Assembly: GCF_030028105.1 (NCBI RefSeq)
Contig: NC_092370.1
Span: forward strand, 113,784,793-113,848,792
DNA length: 64,000 nucleotides
Direction: 5' to 3'
Origin: Mobula birostris
Taxonomy: Eukaryota
Shown here: positions 1 through 12,459 of the stretch, piece by piece
How the letters are laid out: the number at the start of each line of letters is the position of its first letter
Numbering within the stretch: the first letter of the stretch is position 1
The notes under the pieces: generated by a model
Told to the model about the DNA's origin: nothing
The model's input: the letters and a program-made list of their open reading frames with translations, nothing else
Database searches by the model: none
Translations under genes and position numbers: made by a program

Positions 1-1273
1 GTCTGTTGAATCCCTGGAACGCCAACCAGATGGGAAGAGTGACCCCAGACCAACGTTTACGAACACACGGGGGCAAGGACAAACAGCTTGTTAGGAACTT
101 CTCCATCTGGGCCTGAATCTGTCTGTTCGGCAGTCCTCACCTGTTTCTATTCCCCAAGTCACTGGAACAGCTATGCTTGTGCGAGGAAAGATGTGATCTA
201 GATTGGCGTTGACCTTAGAGATATCAAACTTTCAGGAAAGAGCATCGGCATTAGCATCATCTGCCTATCCTTCCTCACAGTCTCGCTACACGCTGCATCC
301 TCAGCCCCATCACTCCTTTCCCAATCCCCTGCTAACTTAGTTTAAACCTTCTCCAACAGCTCTAGCAAACCTACTCGCAAAGATATTAACCCCCATTGGG
401 TTCAGGTTTAACCGATCTTTTTTGTACAAGACACATCTTCCCTAGATGAGATCCCAATGATCCAACAATCTGAAACCCTGTCCGCTACACCAGATCCTCA
501 GCCATTCATTCATCCTACTTCTGCCTTAACTACCACGCAGAACTGGGAGTAATCCAGAGATTACACATGCTCTGTGGCCTCTTCCAGCACTCCTTATGCT
601 TACTGTGCAAAATCTCTTCCCTGTTTTTACCTATTTCATCAGTGTCAATGTACTCCTCGGCCTTTTTCTGGTTACCCAACCTCTTTTGCAGCTGCTCTGA
701 CACCTCGTTAAACCTAGCACTTGGGAGGCAGAACACCATTCTGCGTCTTTGCAACTGCCACCAAATCTCTTGTCCAATCTCTAATTACTGAGTCTTCTAT
801 TACTATCTCTCTACCTGATTTTACCCTTCCCTGCTGAGCCACAGAGCCGGCCATACTGCCACTGGGTTGGCCGCTGCTGCCGTGCACTGACAGGTCATTC
901 TTCCCCCATCCTCCACTGTAGTATCCAAGGGAATATCTGTTGCTCAAGGGAATGAATATTGAAAATATGATGTCATCCTATCCCGTTTAATAGTAGCTTT
1001 CTTTCAATTGATGGCAGATGCAAGGTGTGTATGTCCAGAGGGCTCACTGAAAGCCAATATCCGTACGAAGGATAGGTCAAGCTATGAGGGAGGCAAATCA
1101 AGGAACTGGATATAATCTTCAGAGATACGGACAACAACGAGTTGGTCGAGGGAGGCATATGAGTGTTTATTGCCATATGGAATTCCTTCGAGAGGTCTGG
1201 GCCGTTTTCAAGGACAGATCTATGGATCAGAATAAATACACCTACACCATGTAGGTTCACTGGCCACCTACGT

Positions 1274-2200
1274 CATGGACATTAGAAAAACAGTTGTAGA
1301 CGAGTGTCTCCCCACAAACTCATTCAGAGTCTTCACCCGTCAGATGTCTTGTATGAACCATGAAATCAGCTATTTGCTGAGGTTCAGATCAAAGGCATTC
1401 AAGTCTGGTGACCAATAAAGTTACAAGAGGTCCTGGTACATTCTCTGGAAAGCCTCCTTATGGGCAAAGCCTCCTTATTTGCCAGACGAAACCTGAAACA
1501 ACAAAGGATAGTCAATAGTTGTGGCAGGGCTTGAATGCTATCACTTCCTATGAAGTAAAATCAAGTGACAAAGGTGACAACAGGGCTCACTTCCAGATGA
1601 ATGCAATGCCTTCTGTGCTTGCTTCGACCGTCAAAACATGGAGGAACCATCACAAACACTCACAGCGCCAGACTATCGAGTGATTTTAGTCCCTGAGGCT
1701 GATGTAAGGGCAGCCTTCTGGAAGATGAACCCATGAAAATCATCCAGCCCAGACAGGATACCTGGCCAAGTACTGAAGACCAGTGCTAATCAACTGGTGG
1801 GACTGTTCACTGATCTTTAACCTGTCTCTTTGGCTGATGTACTCATCTGCTTCAATCAGACTTCTCTGATTCTGGTGCCTCAGAAGAACATGGTAACCTG
1901 CCTCAATGACTAAAGTCCAGTATCACTTACATCCACAGTGAGGAAATGTTTTAAGAAGTGATGTTTTAAGGAAAGCAACATCCGTCATCAGAAACACCAC
2001 CCACCCCACCCCTCCCCACATTGCAGATCATGCTCCCCTCTCACTGCTCCCATCAGGAAGTACGTACAGGAGACTCAGAACTACACCACCAGGTTCAGGA
2101 ACAGGTATTACCCCTCCACAATCAGGCTCTTCAACCAAATGGTATAACTTCACTTGACCCATCACTGAAATGCTCCCACAACATATGGGCTCACTGTCAA
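1274..2200 (+). mobile_element. Decayed Rex1/Babar-like LINE fragment (copies at about 4029-4960, 24575-25050, 33481-34410, 59656-60590)
   Basis: Frameshifted remnants resembling PTKSFRVFP.QKPWMNHEIRNLLRARSEAFKSGD and the RT 3' region; family assigned by resemblance only. Confidence 0.55.
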
Positions 2201-2894
2201 AGATACTCACCTCATTTCCTCAGTATTTATTGCTTAATTCGTTGTGTGTGATTGAATTGGAGAGGACGCAGAAAAGTTTCACAAGTATGTTTCTGAGATT
2301 AGTGGGTTTTAGTGATAGAGATCGGATATGTTGAGACTGTTTCCCACGGAATAAAGGAGTCTGACTGGCGATCCTGCAGAGATTGAAAACAATTCTAAGG
2401 GCCATTGAGCTGTACAGCACAGAATCAGGCCCTTCAGCCTAACTCGTCCCTACCGAGCACGTTACCCACGTAAACCAGTCCGCTTGACCTGCATTTAACC
2501 GGTATTTCTCTGAGCTTTTCTTATCCATGTGGATGCCCAAATGACTTTAAATCTCTCGATGGTTCCTGCCTCTATCTCTTCTTCTGGCAGCTTGTTGTCT
2601 GTGCCCACCGCCCTTTCCCTGAAGAATCCACCACACAGGTTGCTTATAGATCTTTCCCCTCTCACTTTAAATCTATGGTCTCTAGTTTGGGCTCTCGTAC
2701 CCTGCGGAAATATTCTCCCAATTCACTGTTCTCGAGCGGCGGGTGTAAATGAATAGACTGTTGATGAGGCTGATCGGGTAACTTTCGTGGAACTGGATAG
2801 AGTTCTTTATCCGATGAAAGATGATGGCATTTATGGCATAAGCTGCGAATTCACTGAGTCGGAAATGATTGGTGTAACCTCTACGCTGAGGAAG

Positions 2895-2933
2895 AGTTTT
2901 TGTCAGCGGCGCCGGTTGTAGTTTAACTCTGTG
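2895..2933 (-). promoter_or_regulatory. 23-bp-spacer recombination signal sequence of V1
   Basis: Minus strand: heptamer CACAGAG (2933-2927), 23-nt spacer (2926-2904), nonamer ACAAAAACT (2903-2895), abutting the V coding end. Confidence 0.95.
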
Positions 2934-3357
2934 GGTCCCAATAGGCACAGTAATAGGTGCCGGAGTCCTCTTTCTGGAGACGGGTCACGGTTAAAATATT
3001 CTGCTTTTCTCCAGCATTGCTCGCTTCAAATCTGTTATCAAATCCATCGTCGTGTACGTTGGCCCCATTATTGTAATAGAGGATCCTGACCGGGCGTTGG
3101 CCATCTGGCTGCCGGTACCAGTGGATATAGTCCGTGGTCGCTGTGCCCAGATCGCATCTCATGACGGCAGTTTTGCCCACATTTTTAGTGATGGACATCG
3201 GAGACTGTGTCAATTCAGCACCGAGACATCTGCCTGTGGAAACAGAAATCAAAGTCATAACGTGTTTCAAAGTCTGAAACAAACAGAGAGTGAATGGATG
3301 AAAATCAATCAACTAACGGAGGAAAAGTATCACAAAAGCCACGCAACCCAGCCGCAT
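2934..3357 (-). CDS. TRGV: Intact T-cell receptor gamma-type V gene (V1): leader exon 3357-3318, intron 3317-3234, V exon 3233-2934
   Basis: Kozak caccATG; leader MRLGCVAFVILFL; GTTAGT donor and ttccacAG acceptor (phase 1). Spliced product MRLGCVAFVILFLRRCLG-AELTQSP...C...IHWYRQ...YYCAYWD has the IgSF V-domain Cys/Trp/Cys and is followed by a 23-RSS. IHWYRQ and YYCAxWD are typical of TRGV; gamma versus other loci is assigned by motif only. Confidence 0.85.
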
Positions 3358-3480
3358 GGTGTTTGTCGAGTTGTGACCGTATTTGACACGGATTTAGACG
3401 TGGCCTGGCTAGTTATAAATAACAGCACGCTTCACGTCCCACTTTCTCTCAACGTGTCACAGACCACGCCTTCCAACCCT
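3358..3480 (-). promoter_or_regulatory. Conserved V proximal promoter with TATA-like element (3414-3421)
   Basis: TATTTATA about 57 nt upstream of the ATG. The block is nearly identical upstream of all five V leaders (also 18887-19010, 35545-35672, 43107-43233, 61732-61860). Confidence 0.6.
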
Positions 3481-5469
3481 ATTTTAAAACGACACTAGAA
3501 TTTTCTCTGCATAAAATGAAATTTTGTTTGAATTGCACAGCAGTTCACTGGACGGCCTTCTTGCGTTCGAACTTGCTGTCGCTTTACATGAATAAATCCG
3601 TCACGATAACAGGCCTTTCGGAGCCAACGAGCCCGGGCTATCCAATTCCATCAATGAAATCCATCCATTGTTGCTGAAGGGAATGAATAGTAGAAAATAT
3701 GATGTCATCCTATCCCGTTTAATAGTAGGTTTCTTTCAATTGATGGCAGTTTGCAAGGTGCGTATGTTCAGAGGGCCCAAGGTGCCTTTGCACATTATTT
3801 ACTGAAAGCCAATATCTGTGTGAGGGATAGGTCAAAGTATGAGGGAGGCAAATCAAGGAACTAGATATAATCTCCTGAGATAAGGACAACAACGAGTTGG
3901 TTGAGGGAGTGATATGAGTGGTTATTGCTATATGGAATTCCTTCGGGTGGTCTGGGCCATTTTCAAGGACACACATATGGATCTGAATAAATACACCTAC
4001 ACCATGTAGGTTCACTGGGCACGTACATCATGGACATTAGAAAAACTGTTGTAGACGAGTGTCTCCCCACAAACTCATTCAGAGTCTTCTTTCGTCAGAT
4101 GTCTTGTACGAACCATGAAATCAGCAATTTGCTGAGGGCCAGGTCAGAGGCATTCAAGTCTGGTGACCAATAAAGCTACAAGAGGTCCTGGTACATTTTC
4201 TGGGAAGCCTCCTTATGGGCAAGGACTTCTTATTTTCCAGAGTAAACCTGCATCAACAAAGGATAGTCAATAGTTGTGGCAGGGGTTAAATGCTATCACT
4301 TCTTATAAAGTAAAATGAAGTGACAAAGGTGACAACAGGGCTCACTTCTAGATGAACGCAATGCCTTCTATGCTTGTTTCGAACATCAAAACATGGAGGA
4401 ACCATCACAAACACTCACAGCGCCTGACTGTCGAGTGATTTTAGTCTCTGAAGCTGATGTACGGGCAGCCTTCCGGAAGATGAACCCATGAAAATCATCC
4501 AGCCCAGACAGGATACCTGGCCAAGTACTGAAGACCAGTGCTAATCAACTGGTGGGACTGTTCACTGATCTTTAACCTGTCTCTATGTCTGATGTACCCA
4601 TCTGCTTCAATCAGACTTCTCTGATTCTGGTGCCTCAGGAGAACATGGTAACCTGCCTCAATGACTAAAGTCCAGTATCACTTACATCCACAGTGAGGAA
4701 ATGTTTTAAGAAGTGATGTTTTAAGGAAAGCAACATCCGTCATCAGTAACACCACCCACCCCACCCCTCCCCCACATTGCAGATCATGCTCCCCTCTCAC
4801 TGCTCCCATCAGGAAGTACGCACAGGAGCCTCAGAACTACACCACCAGGTTCAGGAACAGGTATTACCCCTCCACAATCAGGCTCTTGAACCAAAGTGTA
4901 TAGCTTCAGTTGACCCATCACTGAAATGTTGCCACAACATATGGGCTCACTGTCAAGGATATTCACCTCATTTCCTTAGTATTTATTGCTTAATTATTTG
5001 CGTGTGAGTGAACTAGAGAGGACGCAGAAAAGATTCACAAGTATGTTTCTGGGATTGGAGGATTTTAGTTATAGAGATCGGATATGTTGGGACTGTTTTC
5101 CACGGAATAAAGTAGTCTGACCGGCGACCGTGCAGAGATTTAAAACAATTCTAAGGGCCATTGAGCTCAGTAGACGATTTTTATTTGGTTTCGAACTTGC
5201 ACTCGCTTAGCATGAAGAAATCCGTCACGATTACAGGCCTTTCGGGGCCAACAAGTCTGGGCTATCCAATTCTATCAATGTGATCAATTGACCTACTAAC
5301 CCGGAAACAGGAGAAATTTTGCAGATGCTGAAGGAATTCTCACTCTGACTTCTCTCAGTCCTTTCCAGTCCTGAAAAAGGGTTTCGGCCCAAGACTAATT
5401 ACTCTTTTCTATAAATGCTGCTTGGCCTGCTGAGTTCCTCCAGCATTTTGTGTATGTTGCTTTGGGCGC

Positions 5470-5625
5470 CTACTAATCCTTACGTCTTTTGACCGAGGGA
5501 GGAAACCGGAGCAGCCGGAGGAAACCCACGCAGCCACAGGAAGAAGGTACAAATTCCTTTCAGGACAACGACGGAACTTAACCTGGGTCGCTGGCGCTAT
5601 AATAGCGTTACACTAACCGATCCGG
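5470..5625 (-). mobile_element. V-SINE/HE1-like SINE (copies at about 19400-19555, 36040-36200, 43605-43745, 62210-62370)
   Basis: tRNA-like head GGTTAGTGTAACGCTATT..CAGCGACCCAGGTT and V-domain-like GGGTTTCCTCCGGCTGCTCCGGTTTCCTCCC on the minus strand. Confidence 0.7.
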
Positions 5626-8099
5626 TACCGTTCCGTCGTAAAACTTTCCCCAAATTAGTCATCTCCTGCCAGTTGTCTTTTCAGTTATACGTCAACATAT
5701 TTAAGATATTTATCCTCCCTTTATTGATGTTTTGTGACGGTCCCGAAATTTCCCGCCGAACACCACAGTTGGAGCAAGTGGTTTCAGAGCGGCGGACGGG
5801 GGAGGTGGGTTGGGGTGTTTCTCGGCTCCTTCAGACGTCAGGAGTAGATGGAGATAATTCTCACAGACACCCCCGGTTTCTCCATCCCGGCCTTCACTTT
5901 GTCTAATCTTTTGATCTTTTGTCTCCGGAGTCTGTGACAGAACAAGGAGAGCTATATCCTCCCCACACGGTCTCAGAGTGCTGACCCTGGACCTGTCTCG
6001 CATCCGCCCCGTCGCCGCGACCGAATTCCGTGTACTTTCCGTTGGGTGGGATGTTTGATGAACCGAATGCCATCTGCACCATGTCTGTGATTCTGTTCAT
6101 CTTTCCCTATTAACGTGGTTTTAATTATTCCAACTGGGCAGAACCTGTCAGTAAATATTAATTTACATTGGCTTCCGCTGTGAAATTTGAAAGGACCATA
6201 TCTAATTTGCTAAATTAGCGATACAGCACGAAGTAGGCCCAGTCACCCTCGACAAACGGTATTAACACTAATCCAATCACGGAACAATTTAAAACCCGGA
6301 GGTGTAATAGCGTCGCGCTAATCGCTACGCTATCGCGGTGCCTGGGCAGTGTACGTCCTTTATCGAATGCCCAGGACCCTCTTTCCTGTCGCTGTAAACG
6401 TCCAATTGACATAACTAACCAAGTCCTAGTTGCACACCTCCCGCAAACCTTCTCCTTAAATCAACTCATTCGTTAACAATTTCTCCTTCCGATAACTCCT
6501 TTAGGACAGGTTATGTTAATTGATTCAGACACTTCCTGTGTAAATGCTCCGACTGCAATCGCTCTACCAGTCGTAAGACGATAAGACACAGGAGCAGGAT
6601 TAGGCCATTCGATCCATTGAGTCAGGTCGGCCATTTAATCATATCTGTTTCCTTTACTCCGTTCAGCCCCATTTCGTTGTCTTTTCCGAATACCCTTTGA
6701 CACCATGACTAAATAAGTACTTATCAGCCTCCGATTCAATAAACCCAATAACTTTGCCTCCATGGCCGTTTCTGGCAACGAATTTTACAGATTCTCAGAA
6801 ATTCCTCCTCGTTTCTGTTCTGAAATGATGTTCTATTATGTGTCTGTGCCCTTTGGTCCTGGACTCCCCCACTACTGGAAAATCCTCTCATCGTCCAGGC
6901 CTTTACATATTCAGTAGGGTTCACAGAGATATCCCTTAGTCTTCTAGGCTCCAGCAAGAACAGGTCTGCTACCATCAAATGTTCCTTATATGATAATTTA
7001 TTCCTGGAACCATTATCTTAAACCTCCTCCGGACCCTCCCTGATGCCAGGTCATTCTTTGCCGGATATGGAGCCCAAAAGCACTGAGGATACTGCATAAG
7101 TAGTCTACCGATCTCTTATAAAGACTCAACATTACAATTTTTATTTATTAGATTTCTGAATGGACAATGAATCCACATGTACTTCATCACTATTTTTTTT
7201 TTGCTTTGCTCTCTTCTTCTCGACTTATTTAATTTAACATATATCTTATTGTAATTTATAGATTTTATTATATATTGCACTGTACTGCAGCCGCTAAATA
7301 ACAAGTTCCACGACCTATGTCAGTGATATTAAACCTGATTCCCATTCTATTCTGAATAAATACTAGACCCCTCGAAATTATTGCTGTCATTGCATTTGCC
7401 TTCTCCACTACTGAGTCAAACAGCAAGTTAGCCTTTAGGGAATCCCGCACCAGAACTCTCAAGTCTTCTTGCACATTCGGTTTCTGCTTTCTCCCTCTCT
7501 TCAGAGAATATTCTGTGCCTTTATTCCTTCTACCAAAGTGCATGGTCATACACTTCCCTACACTGTGTTCCATCTGCCACTTTTTTGTCCATTCTCCTAA
7601 TCTGTCCGACTCCTTTTGCAGACTTCCTGCCCTCTATTTTGCTTTGACCTCCCTTAACTCCGTTTCTCTTTACACAGATGCCATCTGTCCATATGAGTAT
7701 TTTAAGCATTTTTTGTTTTTATGTCATAGTTTCATTGAGTAACAAAGCCTGGATTTAGGCCCTTCGGCCCCAATCGGCCATGCTGGCCACAGCATCCTCC
7801 CTGCTAGTTCCAGCTGGTGCATTTGAGTCAGAGTCCTTCAAGCCCTTTCCTTCCATTTACCTATGCAAATACATCTTAAATATTACAAATGCACCATCTC
7901 AACCACTTCCTCAGGCAGCTCACTATCCTTTGCATAAAGAAATTACCTTTTAGGTCTCTTTTAAATCTCTTCTCTATTACCTTGTATCAGTGTCCTCTAG
8001 TTTTTGTCTCTCCAATCCTGGGGAAAAGGCCATGAACCCTCTATACCCCTCATGATTTTATGAACTTCTACAAGTTTAAGTTCTTCGAAATTCTTTCTT

Positions 8100-11000
8100 T
8101 ATTGTGAGACGTGTGGGAATAGATCATTCAGAAAATTGAGGGGTTCATAGGAGTTACAGAGAGATAGTTTTGCTGGAAACAGGTAGCTGGGTGATCATCA
8201 AGAGAGGGAAGGAGTTTTGGCAGATAGTACAGAATACCTCTGTGGCTATTCCCTTCAACAAGTGTATCATTTTATATAGTTTTAGGGAGATGACCTACCA
8301 CAGTGGTCTGTGTTTTCAGCAGGCAGTATATCTCTTTGGTTTGGAAAGGAAAGTGGTGGCTGGGGAGGAGAAAGAAGAGGCCAGTAGTCGTGATGGAGGT
8401 CATTGGTTAGCACTAGTTAGTGAAACAGACAGGAGGACCTGAGACAAGAACAAGACTCTTGGATGGTATATTGCCTCCCAGGTATAGAGGATCAGAGATA
8501 TCCTGAATTCAGTCCATAGCCATGTTAAGGGGGAGGGTGAGATGCGATAAGTCATGGTACATAATGATACCAATGATATAAGCAGGAAAAGTGACGAGGA
8601 CTTGCAAAATGAGTTCAGGGAATAAGCTACAAAGTTAAAAGACAGGACCTCCAAGATGGAGATCGCACAAAGCTATGCATTGCAGTGAGGTAGAAAATAA
8701 GGAAGACTGTGCAGTTTGACATGTGATTCAGCAGATGGTGCATGGGAGAGGGTTTCAGAGTTTTTGGATCACTGAACTCCATTCCAGGGCAGGCGGGATC
8801 TCTGCAAATAGGTCAGTTTTCACCCAAACTGGAGAGCAACCAATATCCTTACAGGAAGGTTTGCTTTTCTTACTCGGAAGTGTTCTAACTAATGTTTAAG
8901 AGGGATGGTATCCAGAGTGGAAGGACGAAGACTGAGGTGGTTGTGGAGAAAAAATAGATGTAATGACTACAAGGAAATATTTTGTGGATGTTGCTCTGGC
9001 TTTCCAGCATATTCGGCATTTCTCGTTTTTAAGCAGAGATGCAAACTGCAAGATTGAGCAGGGTGGATAAATGTTCTGAGTTTCATCTATTGCAAGACAA
9101 GGACGGTTGTAGGTAAGGCTAATACACATAGAGCATGGATCCATGTGTGGACTTACGATGTTGAAACCATTATTGAGATATGGTTACAGGAGTGTGAAGA
9201 CTGACAGCCCATCGTTCTGGCATTCCGCTGATTTAGACAAGTCAGAGAATGAGGTATTAAAGGGGAAGGGATTACTCTTACATAACTCATATAATGTCAT
9301 AGCAATGCTCAGATGATATACAGAAGGCTCATCTGCCAAGGCAATTTTCATGAATCCGTGGAATATAAAATGGATGATCATGTTAATGGGACTTTGTAGA
9401 GTTACTAATAGTCAGCAGGATTTGGGCAAACAAATTCATAGGGTGACAGCAGACAGTTGCAAGAAATATAAGGTTGTTACAATAACACATACAAGATGCA
9501 AGAGTAACTCAGCAGGGAAGGCAACAACTGCAGAAGGAATAAACAGTCAATGTTTTTGGCTGAGACCCTTCATCAGGATTCATTGAGGGTGCCGATGAAG
9601 TGTCTTGGCTTAAGCTTTTACGCTTTCTTCCTTTTTATAGGAAAACCTGACCTCATGAGTTCCTCCAGGACGTTATTTGTGTTACTCCAGATTTCCAGCA
9701 TCTGCAGAATCTCTAGTGTTTAGGTTGAGATAGTGGGTGATTTTAACTTTCTGCATATTAATTAGGACTCCCATACTGTACAAGAATTGGATTAGATAAC
9801 GTTTGTCAAATGTGTTCAGGAAAGTTTCATTATCAATATGTAGAATTCCCAACTAAAGAGAGCACAAGATTGGATCTCTTCATCGGAAATGAGACAGGGC
9901 AGATGACAGAAATGAATATAGTGAAACACTTTGGATATAGTGATCATAATTCCATCGACTTCAAAATAATTATGGAGATTGGATAGGATTGTTTTTCAAG
10001 TTAAGATTCTAAACTGGAGGAAGAGCAATTTTGATGGCATCAGAAGCAATCTGCCAGGTGTGGATTGGGATAGGATGTTTTCTAACAAAGAGACGTTGGC
10101 AGGTGGTTGGTCTTCAACAGTGTTGTGTATTGAGAGTACACAATATGTATATTTCTATTAGAATAAAAAGCAAAGTTGGCAGGTTGAGGGAACCTTATTT
10201 ATCATAGGATATTGAGGACCAGATAAACAAAAAGGAAGCACATATCAGTGTTGGCAGCTAGTGTTAAATGGGGCACTTGAGGAATATAAGACATATAAGA
10301 GAACACAAGCGAAAGATCAGGAAGCTGAAAGAGGGTAAGTGGTTGCTCTAGAAGACAAGTTAAACCAGAATCCAAGGGTTCTATAGGTACTGGGAGCAAA
10401 AAGATAGAGATGGACAAAATTAATCCCCTTGAAGATCAAGTTGGTCATATATGCATGAAGCTAAAATAGATGCGGAAAAGTATTAACTGTTTTATTTTTG
10501 TGTGTGCATTTACTCAGGAGACAGACACAGATACTATAGAATCTGGCAAAACACTAGAGGTCATGGACTATGTTCTGATTACAGAAGAGGAAGTGCTTGC
10601 TGTCTTGAGAAGAATTTAGGGTGAATAAATCCCAAAGGCCTAATGAGGTGTCCTCTCCAAAGTTGTGGGAGGCTAGTGCAGAAATTCCAGGGACTCTGGC
10701 AGTAATATTTAAAACATCCTTACCCATGGGTGAGGTAGTAGAGGACTGGAGGGTCGCTAACATTTAAGAATGGTTCTAAAAATAATCAGGAAATTGGAGC
10801 CTGGTGAACCTGACATTAGTCGTCAGTTTATCTTCGGAAGGTTTTTTCATGGATAGGATGTACATGTACCAGTGTTTGGATAGACAGGGCCTGAAAAGAG
10901 ATAAGCAATATGGCTTAATGCATGGTAAGTCCTGTCCAACTAATTTATAGAGATTTTTTTTAAGGAGGTTACCAAGAAGTTTGTTGAAGGGAACACAATG

Positions 11001-11240
11001 GTCCTTAGAAAAGCCTTTGATAAATTACGATATGGCAGAATCGTCGAGAGGATTAAGTCGCCTGGTATTCAGGATGAAGTAGACAGTTAGATTCAATGTT
11101 GTTTTAGCGGAGGAAGCCAGAGAATGGTGGTTAGTGTTTGATTCTCTGCCTGGAGGCCTGTGACTAGTGCTGTGCTGCAGGAATTGGTGCTTGATCCATT
11201 GATGTTGGTCACTTATATTAATGATTTAAATGACAAGTGA
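8100..11240 (+). mobile_element. Long decayed CR1 LINE (ORF1 esterase region through ORF2 endonuclease/RT); copies at about 26730-31500, 38660-41980, 49500-55350
   Basis: Remnants resembling CR1 ORF1 (VMVHxxTNDI, ELQNEFRE) and ORF2 (GDFNF..IDWD, LDLxxGNE.GQV, SDHNSI, KAFDK); heavily frameshifted; boundaries approximate. Confidence 0.65.
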
Positions 11241-12459
11241 ACATCGTGCTGTATACATTCACACCCAAATCATTTACATAATAATTAATGACAGAGGTCC
11301 CAACACTGACTCTTGGGTAAATTGAAATTTAATAACCACTGCACAAAATAAAAGGAAAATAATAAATGCAAAGCCAATAGGGCTACAAACTAAAATTCAA
11401 ACTAAAAATCTAACGCTGACACTGAGCTTTAGAAGCAGTAACTTAATAGTAAGTTAGTAGCACTCCTTTAAGGCGTCAATCTAAATTGGAGTCTTCTTTC
11501 TTGGAAAGTGGGCTATGGTAATCAGGGGAGTGTCGCCGTCTTTGTGCTTCAGTCAAGACTCGATAAGACTGAAGGGAGTTAAATAAAACTACAATGCAAC
11601 CCTAATTGTCTGCAATGTGCATTCTCACCAGCGTGATTGCTGATGACCGCTTTCATCTGCCCTCTCCACAACAGAGTACATGTTTTCACAGATCACCACC
11701 CTCACCACTCCCGCAACCCCACCTGTCCACAGCTCCAGAAGCACGAGAGACCTGTGCCCGCTGGAGGTCCTGGATGAGTGACTTTTCCAGGATGTCACGA
11801 ATTGGAACCCAAGAAAGATTCTCTGGCCCTATCTCTCCCAGTCCATTAGGTACTGGACCCTGTCCCACACTGGGCGAGACGCAAGGAGGAATAGACCAGT
11901 GACCCAACCACCAAGATGAGAGGAGGGAAAGTGTCTAAGTTAGGGCTCTCGTACCCTTTGGAAATATTCTCCCAACTCCCTATTCTTGATCGACGAGTGT
12001 AAATGAATAGACTGTCGATGAGGCTGATCGGGTAACTTTCGTGGAATTGGATAGAGTTCTTTATCCGAACTAAGGTGAAGGCATTTATGGCATAAGCTGC
12101 GAAATCTCTGAGTCAGAGATGATTCGTGTAACCTCTAGCTGCCGGTACCAGTGGATATAGTCCATGCTCACTCTGCTCAGATCGCAGCTCACGACCGTAG
12201 TTTTGCCCACTTGTTTGGTGATGGACATCGGAGACTGTGTCAGTTCGGCACCGAGACATCTGCCTGTGGAAACAGAAATCAAAGTCAGAGCATGTTTAAA
12301 AGTCTAAAACAAAAGGATTCCGAGGGAGTTGGACTTCCGGGTCATCAAGGGAATGGCGGCGTAAGGAAAAGGTCTCTCGACAAAAAAGGTAAACTGCCTC
12401 CAAATCGAAATTAGACAAATACTTAATATTATATAACTACATTAATAAAGGGGGCAAGG

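Larger units (their letters stand above)
938..5168. repeat. About 1.47-kb direct repeats (938-2410 and 3668-5167) flanking V1
   Basis: Both copies start (t)tgttgct(c/g)aagggaatgaata and end ctaagggccattgagct. In addition 3546-3656 is repeated at 5168-5280. Confidence 0.9.
1..11935. repeat. Segmental duplication unit X1 (paralogous to X2 22051-32085, X3 32086-42655, X4 58245-64000)
   Basis: Collinear anchors: gaagggaatgaata at about 945/23100/33128; catggacattagaaaaac-type at 1274/24575/33481/59656; ggaaacaggtagctg at 8174/26922/38861; gcgtcaatctaaattgg at 11472/31700/42202. Confidence 0.9.

Noticed and set aside
3052-3498. Plus-strand ORFs antisense to V genes (also 35356-35673, 61471-61860, 18827-19042)
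   Set aside because: Shadow frames of the conserved leader/promoter block; start and length vary between copies.
7268-7742. Recurrent short ORFs such as MEHSVGKCMTMHFGRRNK... and MNLHGVGVFIQIHR... in several units
   Set aside because: Decayed CR1 or Rex1 remnants repeated only because of the segmental duplication.
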